Source of the DNA: Enoplolaimus lenunculus
Lineage: Eukaryota
DNA: 64,000 nucleotides
Assembly (NCBI GenBank): GCA_030248215.1
Contig: JASANG010001414.1
Span: 248,001-312,000 of the forward strand
Direction of reading: 5' to 3'
This document shows, one piece after another, positions 13,551 through 25,500 of the stretch. The notes under the pieces are model-generated. The model saw only the letters and a list, made by a program, of their open reading frames with translations. It did not search any database and was not told the DNA's origin. A program made the position numbers and the translations under genes. Each line of letters starts with the position of its first letter. The first letter of the stretch is position 1.

Positions 13551-16500
13551 TAGTTGTTGTCTGTCAGATTTTACAACAGTCACACCATCAGAGAACGTAT
13601 GTTTAGCGACATGAGCTGGCGCACTACTTGTTTCTATTGCTCCACTAGTCATGGGCGTAGAATTCCAAGGTGCTATATCAAAGAACCGACTAGGGTACGT
13701 TGGTTCGTGTGTGTCTAACACACCAGACGCCGCAATATGATGTTGTTGATTATTCCTTTGTGAGCGGCCACTGATTCCATAAAGGTTGCATGCGCCGCTG
13801 CTACTCAAAACACTGTTTGCTTTGGATATGTTGTTTACATGCTTTGCTCCAGTATGCTGTGGCTTTTTTGAGCTGCGACTTAAATTAGAATTACAAGCGT
13901 TGTTGAGGTTGTTGATGTTGTTTCCGCTATTCAGTGACATTAGCGTGAACCAGTTGGAACCTGTTTTTGCCGGTACTTGATTCACATTTGATGACATACT
14001 GTTCACCGAAACCCCTCCAGCAGCTAACGCAGACAGGAAGCTTGACGATGAATTTTCAGCGGAACATAGTTGAGAGTACGCCGCAATCGCTGCTGGATCT
14101 TGAGATTTGACTCGGCTGACAATATCTTCAACGGGAACCTCTGGATCAACCACCAGACCGTTGATCATTAATATAGCATATCTCACAGTTTCAGGAGACC
14201 CTCTACAAACAAAACGGAACAATAACTATTTAATAAATTGCTACCAGTGTAACCTTACAGCAACGAACAAAGCTTGGTGTTGCCATGGTATGTACTAAAA
14301 TCGGTGAAATGTAACCAGAATTCCAGAATTTGCGTCATTTCAGTTTTAGAAATTGCATTGCAGCTGTGTGTTACCTGCTGATGAAAGGAACAACACCAAG
14401 GACCGTGAATTTAACGTAAAATCATGCTTTCTACACGAACAAAACGTAATGCGTTCAGTTTAAAAATAGATGATGTCCATTCTTATTATCAATTTAAGTT
14501 TGCCCATGCCGAACGAATGCCGATTCCGAATCTAATACATGAAACACTATTACATCATTATGAAAGCGAAGACTTGAATCCTGTCAACCATAAACGGATA
14601 TAATTTTATGAGAAGGGTTTATTTAAATCAAATCTTTCAAATACAAACACAAGCGACATAGTTTCCTGAGGAGACGCCCTGATGTCCATTGACGTGTGAA
14701 ATAATAGCATTCCAACTCACTGCTAGGTGCAAAAAGTATGGGCAAAGAATTGCCTATTTTTAACAGTGCCGTTGCCTATACTCATATAAAGCGCCCACAT
14801 TCCGACGCCATGTTTATAAGTAACTATAGCGTTACCTTCAATTTTATGTACCATTTCCGCATTTACAGTTTCTTACCGTATAAACACCTGACGGCCCTTT
14901 TCACCCTTTTGTTGTTTGTCAACTTCAATGTACGCTCCAGTTGATTCACGAATCGCGTTAATATTATTACCGCAACGGCCAATAACACGTGCGATGTGTT
15001 GCGCCGAAATCATAAGTTTACTTGTGCTATAACGCAATGTATTAAAAATATAATACAAACCAGATATTTCACTGAAAGTCAAATGCACGGTCACCGCGAG
15101 TTGTCCGAACCCAAAAATTGTTCTGCTCCATCAATCTCAAATGATAGAAGTCATATAAATGTGAATCTTCTTTCATTAATTAAGTCTTAACATTATGCCA
15201 GCGAAAAGTTGATAATTTAAGCCGGATAAGCTTCTGCAACTTTACTAAGTACTTAATATTTTGGGCACAGAATAAACGCAAAATGTCAGCTATTGTTATA
15301 ACAAAAAAGTAAGTTTTGCTACAGATTAAAAAGGCACCATTATGCTACCATTACTATTAGACCAAAATTAGCATGCCTGAATGGTTCATTTGTAATATAT
15401 GAAAGTTAGGCAGTGACTAAATATTTACTAAACTTGAGTAAGTACACTTTTAAACACGATAAAATGGTTCAGTAATTAGTTAGCACGTACTTTAGTAAAG
15501 TTGTACTAAAGTAATGTTTCAGAAACCCAGCCAAACTTAAGGCTTACATCAATTCGTTACAATTTTCCTAATAATATGAAAAATTTAAGCTCTAATAATT
15601 TAAGACGCAAATCTCTGTGTTTTATAAACAAGGTCTTAAGCTGAAAACAGAAAGCTTTGTTTTTCATACAGAATATTTTTGTATTAATTTTAAGATGTGA
15701 TTTGGCACGTAGAAATGTATCGAACAGCTACAAGTTATGTCGATACGTTCAAAAACATTTTTTCTGCAAAAATTCTACAGAAGAACAAAGCTCTTCTCAG
15801 TTTATTGTTGTTGTTTATTCATTTTTAATGTAGTATACGCCGAATTTCCGCTTATTTTCGCTGAACGAAGAAGTACGTGGTAAAATTATTTGCAGCTAGG
15901 GTAACCACTATGTGCTATAACCGCACACTCTCCACATATTTTTGTGAGTTTAACGTTTAGCATGCAAACCTGCTAAATTTAACTGAACAGCATCACAGAA
16001 ATGACCAGAGTTTAAAGCCGTAGGTAAAGAAAAGAAACTAGAAAGTTTCAACAATCGTACAAAATAAGATCATTTTCCAGACGGAACTTAAGATTCTTAT
16101 CGTTGTGAACATGCACTAACTTTAATGAAGCATTAGAAATTGCCGCGAGCGAAAGCAAGGGTCACCGCCCGAGGGCGGTGACAAAAACTGCAATGAAACT
16201 AACGCATATTTACGTACATTTAGACACCATGAACAAATTGCAAACAAATCCGGTTAAGATTTTCATATCAATTCCTACACCAAGTAATTTTCTTTTGATA
16301 TCTGAATGAAGTGTCCTAGGGCTAATAAATGGTAAATTGGCCCTTGAACAACATTAAGAGAAAAAGAATCACTTACCGTTTCCTGCTATCTGCTCGCCCA
16401 GATCCATCGTCCATTTGTCGTCGAGATGTCGCAGGTCTAGACGAAGCGTCTGGACGACTCTGGTCGCGCCCACTGCTTCCGCTTCCAGTTGTTTTCCCAG

Positions 16501-19500
16501 ATGTCGATGAAAGGAGAAGTACTGGCGGAAGAGTGATCTTTTCAGATGACGTCGTGCCGGCTTTATTTCTAGACGATGTTAACTGGGCCGAGTGTTGTGT
16601 TCCAGATTGTTGTTGCTGTTGTTGTTTCTGTTGCTGTTGTTGTTTTCGGACAGCGCGTGCGTGTTTCTGTTGAGACCAGTTTGCACGGTTCGCAGCAGAA
16701 GCTTTATTCCAACCGCCGTGGTCAAGCTCGCTGAAATGTTGTATATACAACATATAGACAAGGTGCGACAAAATATCCTGTATTAGTCTAACACTGTCCG
16801 TAAGATCAATATCATCGTTCGGTTCCGGTGTCTGGTTGGAAAAAATAAAAAGCTTCGTGCAACAACAAATGATTCTCAAAAAAGCAAAACAATGATGGTG
16901 TCATCGAACTTGATCTAGCGAGATATAGAGTCCTGATGCAATTTCAGAGAGTAAGTATAGTTATAAAATTTATAATATAGATGCACATACAATTCACTGC
17001 CAAGAACTGCTATAATTTTTCTTGGCATAAGTTTTCCTGTCATTTCGAACAAAAAGATACTGTGAAATAGTGTGAGTTTGGTTTATATAAATATTAATTT
17101 AGTTATACTTTTTAGCAATAAATATTGGTAGTATAGAATAGCGTTGCCGGTTGATGATTTTTTATTCAAATGCGCTTGTGTCCTGAGTCTGCTCACATCA
17201 ATACTTACGATTTATTACTCTTTGATTCAAATCCGCCATGTACGCGTGAGTCTTGCTTGCTGTATATTGGGCTCTGGATGTTTTCGCTTGCAAATTTGAG
17301 AGTTGTTGAATTGGAAACTATAATGTTTCGCAAAATTTTAGAGAACAATTATACTAAACCGCACACAAAAGAGTTCACGATTTGCTCGAAAGCTCCGGCA
17401 TAATTTTTCATTGCACTATATGACGACTGAAACTACAAACAGTTAAAACAAATGTAATAATTCACGTTCTTGTTGTAAAGTCAAATTTCTCAACGGCTAA
17501 ATACGACTACAAGCAGTAATGTTGTGGTTTACAAAATTTTACCTTGATGTACCAGCGGAGTTTTCCCATGATGCGTTTTCCCGTCGGTAGCATTCTTGGC
17601 GACCCCAGTGTGATAATAATCAGATTGTTTTGACTGCTGTTTAACTGAAGCAATTCCGGTATCGGGATGTTTCCGCTCAGTAACAGATCTCGCAGCTGAT
17701 TTTGCCGTCCAGTTATTTCCCATATCACCAGGATCAGTTTTATTCTGCAAACTTTCTTTGTCGACAAGCACACAGCCATTATCAATATTTACAATTGCGG
17801 TAGGCTTACAAATGTTTGCATTCGAATTCTCTTTCGCTTGCTCAGTAGTCGACGGTTGCTGGTTACGAATATTTAACACCGTTGTAGTACGATCGGTTTT
17901 TATGCTCTCGGGCAGATTTTCAATGTCACTCTTTTGAGCATGTTTGCCGGAAGCATCAGTTTCCAGCGGTTTTTGTTTGTTTGCATCTAAAATTGTATAT
18001 AATTAATGTTGGGTCTAAATAACAAAAATTTACTACCTTTAAATAAAGCAAACAGAGAAAAAGTTTTTCCATATCTAATAAAGTAAGGTATCACTAACGG
18101 AACCTCATAAGCGGCATGCAACCTGCACAGCGCACTCTTCAATATCAGAAAGCTCAGTTTCAAAAATATGTTAACAAGAACAACCTACCTTTGTCTGTCG
18201 TAACCCGATATTGAGTACGATCTTCAGAACTTTGGCTGAAACAAAAAGTTGTACTTAATTATAGAACTGACACAAATATATTTGTACACAAAACATAATT
18301 CACCAATTTTTTATTCCTTGTATCAGACAACATTTTCGATTGTTCCCGAGATTTACTGCACGAACGATGTGCCATAATGAATACAGTAGATGACAACACA
18401 ATAATTAACCAGTCGTAGTGGGACTACATTTATTGAGAGAAGCTCGAACACACGTAAGCAATTCAGGTAATATGCAAATTAGTTATTAGATGGTAATATG
18501 CAAATTAGTTATTAGCTAACTATTCATTTATCGGTTTTGGAGGTTTGTAAGCAATCTCCTCAGATTCCTCGCACCCAAAAACCCTTCAGCCACCCTAATA
18601 ATTATTGAAATCATTTAAAAAGTCCTAATTTTGTCTTGTCAATTAAGCTAATATGCAAATTAGCTATTAGCTAACTATTCAATTATAGGTTTTGGAGATT
18701 TGTAAACAATTTATTCAGATTCCTCGCAATCAAAAACCTTGAGTAAACCCTAATAATTATTGAAATAATTTAAAAAGTCCTAGTTTTGTCTTGTCAATTA
18801 AGCTAATATCGGTTTTGGATGTTTGTAAACAATTTATTCAAATTCCTTGCACTTAAAAACCCTTTCGTGCTGAAATTATATTGCTTTTCACCTTAATAAT
18901 TAGTGAAATATCGGAAAAAGGCCTAATTTAGGCTTATAAACTATGTTAATATGCAATGGAGGTTTGAAAACAGTCTACGCAGATTCCTCGCACCCAAAGA
19001 CCCTTTAATGCTAAAATTAGACTGCTTCCAACGCTAATAATTAGCGAAATATTGTGGAAAGTCCTAATTTAGGCTTAATTAATTATGCAAATTAGCCTGT
19101 AGCTAATAAACGACTGAAACTTTTAACACCCCAATGCGAGGTTAACACTCCAGGATAATTGGTTTTCAAATAAAAAAAGTTTATCAAAATCGGTTCAGCC
19201 GTTTCTGAGATTCTTTTCGGCCGGACAGACGGACGGACGGACATCCACCTATCGACCCCCAAGTACACATAAAACGCATAAATGTCTGTTCATGCTTCCT
19301 ACGAAATGGGACCCTCTCTTGGAGACCTCAATTCCACCACCAGAACTGGACATGCTTAAAGTAAACCTGCCAAACCTCAAAACCTACCGGTTTCTTGATC
19401 CTGAATGAGACTCGTCATCGTCGTCCGGTACAGCTTTGCCGGCATCGACCGGACTACTATCATCCGGGTCTGATTTGGATGACGGCATCGATGGGGTACT

Positions 19501-22500
19501 ATTATCGGGTACAGGTTGTTTTTTCGCGTTGCGTTTCTGTCGTTTCTTTTCCTTTTGGCGAAGTTTTGCAGCGCGCTTTGTTTCGGCAGCGGCTTCTTCT
19601 TTTTCAATTTCTTGCAATAGATCGAGTGCGTTTTTATTAGCTTCAGCAGCTTGGCGATCTTTCGCCGCTAGTATAGCTTTCATGCATTCGTCGTATTTCG
19701 CCAGCATAGTTTTCTGAATATAAAATGTTTGACAGAATACAGCGAGAGTAAACAATGATGTTATACTGCAACACAATTCCATTTTGATCTGTATACCAGG
19801 GTTCAACCGGAATTCGAGTTCCGGCCGGAGTTTCTGCAAAAATTCAACTGCTGTTCCTGTTCCTGCATTCAAAGATGCATCAACCAATTTTTACGGTTTT
19901 GGGGCAAGTTATTCACAATCATTTAAACATTGGAAACTTTGTCTTTAAAAAGTTATTTCGACATGAGTGTTTTTTCAATTGCTTCAATTTTGTTAATAAA
20001 CTGTTTCTGTTGTGTTTTCGCAAAACTTGATGAAATAGCTCAAAATTCGTTTAAGCCATTTTTTGGCTTTTTTCTAAAACGTCCAACAGTAATTCGGTAA
20101 TGAAAATTATTTCAACTTCCGGTTCTGTTCCTGTTCCTGCAAAAAATTCAATTCCTGCTCCTGTTCCCGTTTCTGCATAATGAAGTTCCACTTGGAACGC
20201 TGCTGTATACATATTTGCAAATATTGCGGTGCAGACACACAATGAATAGTCGATGATACCCTTAAACAAGATTATTGAACAAAGGTGGTTATACATGGCC
20301 GCTTAACTGGACTCTGAAATATGCCGTTGCAGTAATGCGGCGGTGGAGGACAATGCACACATGTGGACGGAATGTTCAGCATTCGACAGTACAAAAAGTA
20401 AAACAGGAGTGGGCAAAGAAATTAGCGAACTGTCGTGTGTGAATATCGGTTTTCTGTCGCTGCTAAGTGATATACTTAGGCGCTTGGGTTGATACAACAA
20501 TAACACCAACATATGAATTTGAGACTTTGAAAATTCTAGCCCCCTAATTGAAGGGGCATGCTAAAAACACAACGCACATACATTCTTTTATATACAGAAT
20601 GTGCCGAACTGCATACTGTTGTGTAGAGTCGTTATTGGGTATTGAACAAAACTTCAACAACTCTCCACCTAATACAGATATATACAACCATAAAGCTGGA
20701 ACGCACCACACAGTAGGGTACGACCAGATACCAAAACTTCCGGAGCCGGATAGTTAATTCAAATCAAATACTAGATGGCTTTCAAATATCAGAACGTACC
20801 TAACAATTCTTCAATCCGTAGTCTAAGGTATCTCAAGCGTTTACGTGACAAAGCTTAATATTTCACGCCGTTGCATTTTTCTAACACTTTAACAACGATT
20901 ATACTCCATTATCTACGGGTTTGTAGCGTTGAGTTCAGATTCAATATTTGTTTGACTGAAGTCACTTTAAAGGACATCCAATTTTCCCTAGGTACTATAA
21001 AATAGAGGTGGATAGGATTAAGGCCATTAATTTTGCAAAGTTATAGAGTTATTTTAACGCTGAAGTTTAGGGTTTGAGCCAGGAACAAGAATATTGCTGA
21101 GGTAGTGTTACGTCATTAAAATAACACTGATCATTTTTATCAGGCTTTCCAGCGTTATTGTAACCCAGTAAAGATTATGAACGTACACTGGCACATGTAA
21201 ACATATTTTACATTACATACACTACATAAAAATACGCAGAAGTAGGTCAATCAGTTCCATTGCAGTTAGCATAAATACATGTGATGGTTTCAATTTTTTG
21301 TCGATTTTTGCCTGAGATGTAGCCAGATATCTGGTCGCACCATGCCACATACGTACTTTGGGCCGCGTTCCACTTGTTGTAATGATTATTTTATATTTGA
21401 ACAAGAGACTGCATATATAGGAATACCCCACATACGTATTTTGAGCAAGTTTCCAACATACTTCGCTACAATAGTTTAAGAAAAAATAGACGCGGTCATC
21501 CTGCAATTAGAAACTTTGCATACAAATGCACTTGTTAGCAATAAGGAAACTAATGAAATTTTGACTTACATCTGAAGACAAATTATCAGGCAACGACGAT
21601 ATATAATAACGTGAGCATTCGATATCAGAAGGCAGCTGGGCAACATGCCGCACAAGCAATTTGACAACTTTAACAAATCCTTTACGAAACGCAGTCATCA
21701 ACGGTGTCACTTTGCGATTATCTTCTGCGTCTGCAGAAGCACCTGCTTTTATCAGCGACTGAACTACGTCAACATGACCACCTGTATAACAATATGTAAC
21801 CCATTCTCGCATACATATAATACTTTACAAAACGGTAGTCTCTCGAGATCGAGTGTCAAACTCGTACAACCGAATTGTAACAATAAACACATCGCGCGAC
21901 AGGGTCCTGGTTTTATTCCGAACTTAAAATTTATCTCACCTAAAATTGTAAATTCATGAGGGAAACATACACAGATTAATTTGAGCAATCATGTGCTGTT
22001 TTAAATTTACCATTAGCGGCCAACCATAATGGTGTATCTCCTTTTTTGTTTCGCACGTCAACTGCTGCACTTTGCGATAAAAGCAAATCCACAAATTCGC
22101 AATGCCCTGAAATGTTTCGGATTTATAATTTTGCGCTTACAATCATATGTTATTAATCTGCGCTCGAGACAATAATATATCTGGCGTTTCGCTGGTGGGC
22201 GGTGGCCCCCTCAAGACCAATGTGCCCCCACACTCGCCAAATTCCCCCAGGTTCACCCCCCTCCCCACTCGAAAAGCACTCTCGGATTCTCAAAATTCAT
22301 CTGAAAATTGTTGGACGGATGAGCGGATCAGTATATTAGGTACAATACTAGTACGTACAGTTGCGTCCGGATCCGCATATTCTGGGTAATTTCGCCGAAA
22401 AATTCCGGATCCGGGTGCGGGTTTTGATTTCCACAAATTCCGGGTCAGGGTTTTCACCACACTTCATTCCGGGTGATGATATTATATAAATCCCCGACAA

Positions 22501-25500
22501 AATACCCGGAATAAAATTAGCTTAATAATGTTAACATCGCGCGCCTACATTCTCAATAGTAACTGTATCGTACCTAAATTAAATAGGTTACAGAATTTAT
22601 CAGATAGACGCGCAACCAATGCTAACTTGTGTGAAATACATTAGAAACAAAACACTCCCAACATGTCTTTTAAGGCAACTATCGTATGTAGTATGTAAAA
22701 GTAAAGCGCAGAAGGAAAAAGTTGGTCAACAGGCTCCAGCTTTGAGTAATAGATAACCTATGTTGATATATTTGGCTTACGATTATGAATGCTTAATTAG
22801 GAATGGTTGGAATGGTCGGGATGCAGAAACATGACATAAATTCGACATTTTACTTAAGTTTAGTATCTTCGGTATAAGTCAAATATTGCTTGGTAAATGA
22901 TTGCTTCAACGTCCAGGGACCTGTTAAAAATGTTAGGCTCTAGTCCAAGCTTCACGAAGCACATAAGTCAATGACTTAAATCAGGGTCTGGTCCCGGTTC
23001 CGGGTTTGCATTCTCAAATCTTCCGGGTCCGGGTTTTTCTTCCAGTAAAATCAGGGTCCGGGTTTTTCTTCCAGAAAAGTCCGGATCCGGAATTTTCTTC
23101 CAGAAAAATTCGGATCCGGGTTTTTCTTCCAGAAAAACCACGGCCCGGGTATATTTTTAAGGTTGCAACTCTAACAGTAAAAATGAAATTTTCAGTTCAA
23201 ATTACTGCATCACAGTACAGTTTTACAACTTAAAACGGTGCAGTTTCATATTAGCGTGACGTGTCTTAGTTTCTCGAATAAAAATTCTTTGGCTAATAGT
23301 GATAAGCGCTATTATAATGAGGGTGCGACCGGATATTTGTATACCGGATACCGGAACTGGATTGTGAATTTTTTACCGGAACCGGATATAGCATCTACAT
23401 TGTTGCACCATTTGAAGTAATCTATCCGCGAAAACGTACCTCTTTACTGAATTAGAATAACTGCTAGCTTCAATTTTTTATTTTTATTTCTTTGAGCTGC
23501 TTTACTTGATTAGGAATGCAATCTCGCAGCAACATGTCATTGACGGTCGCTCTAGTCAACCAGCTTAATATAACAGATGACCTGAAAGATAACGAAACTT
23601 TTGAATACCTTTATCGCATGCTATAGTTAACGCAGTATCTTTAGACGAAGGCACAGGTGCGGCGTTAACATCAGCGCCATGATGGATCAACACTTTGCCC
23701 ACATCAACATAACCGCCCGAAGCAGCTTCCATCAAAGGTGTGAGGCCAGTCTTAAACAAAAAATGTAACACACTAAACACTTAAAAACCAAAGTTGAATT
23801 GTGTTGCAGAAAGCGGGAAAAGTTAAAATATATATCTACCAAAATAATCAATAAATGCGCCATTATCGATAACATGCCAAGCATATTTAAACATTGGCAA
23901 GTCTAACACACAGTGGGTATGATGTTGATAAAATTTTTTGTTATTACATTAAATAACGCATAGGTGAATTAAAGTATTGCCACTGTCTGTACATGCAGTA
24001 AACGCTCACCTTTGCTCTATGTTCAACATTTGCCCCGTAGCGCAACAGCAATTCTACCACTGCATGTCTTCCTTGAAAACACGCAAGGGTTAACGCTGTA
24101 TTCCGATTTGTTTCAATCTGAAACCATTACACTCTAAAAAGCAATACTTCGTTCGTCGATAATAAATAGCACGCTTCTATAATAAGTAGTGTACTTATAA
24201 TTTTTTGGTTATAACATCCATTTGACAAAATGGTTGTTTCTAACCCACACAAATTTGATATTGTAAATATTTTTCGCGAATACTAAATTGCTAAACCGTT
24301 CACCACTCTTTCAGCTAAGTATACAGAACACACAAGTAGAACTTATCTCTTACCTGAGCGTTAATATCAGCCCCTTTTTCAAGCAAGATTTTTACAACTT
24401 GGGAATGTCCATTCATAGCCGCTAGCATCAACGGTGAAATTCCAAGTTTGCTTCCAGTTCTAAAAATGCGGACGGCAAAACGCTGTATCACAACAGCAAG
24501 CACTAAGCTGCCTTTAAGCATTAGAGATTGCTCCACACTAGAGTTGATCTGAGGCAGAGATCGGGGTCTAAGAACTAAGAAGACCCGATGCTGGTACCAT
24601 CCGGGGCCCAATTAGAACGCTTAAAAATAACTATCATAATGAGCTAGGATATGCGTGTGTACAACAAGTGCTGGGAAAATAAGAAATACCGTGTATGATC
24701 ATGTTTTGCGATTTGCATATTTTTCAAACAAGAACCGAAGGTGATAAAAGTGACTTTCGTACGAGTCAATTAAGGTCTGTATATAAAACTGGCGTCCGTT
24801 AGGCCTCGGCAAACAACGTGTTCGCACCGGCCACGGGGCATCTCTGCTCCACCGCACTAGATTCGCTTAACACTTAATTTAAACAATTAGCCAGTTTAAC
24901 TAGAGACTTGAAATTTTTTCAAACTATTCACACATACCTGGAGTTTATTTCGGCGGCATATGACAGCAACAAATTCACAATATCTGCATATCCACCGGAC
25001 GATGCTAAACTTAGTGGCGTATAATCGGACGCATTTCTATGTTCTTTGTTCGCACCATGAACCAATAGCAATTCCACGACCTATGGCACAACCATTTTCC
25101 TCCCCACAATGTACATATCCATTAGTTTAAATTAGCTCAGAATAGAAACTGATTACAAAACCCTAAATGTAAGCAGTGCCAACTACGGTTTCCTACATAA
25201 CAAAATACAAGCAAAAATTCTACAATTTAATGTCCTTCGTAAACAAAATTATAAAAAGTCAAAACTCACTATCTCTTTCAATATCTATCTAAAAATAGAA
25301 CATACCTCGATTCGTCCCCCAGAACACGCTAGCGACAGAGCTGTATCTTTTGTACGTTCGCATAAAGCCTCTGTATCGGCGCCATTATCTAACAACACTC
25401 CGACTACTGCTGTGTGTCCTGCGGTTGACGCTAGCATTAATGGTGTAAAACCTGACAAATATGTAAAAATTGCCAGTACAAATGATTAAGACGCGTATGT

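Noticed and set aside
9523..14298. Many short overlapping or antisense ORFs
   Set aside because: They are shadow frames of the low-complexity Mask exon.
18466..19090. Repeat-spacer-like pattern suggesting a CRISPR array
   Set aside because: The units are long, diverged tandem repeats without unique spacers, inside a eukaryotic intronic element. There are no cas genes.
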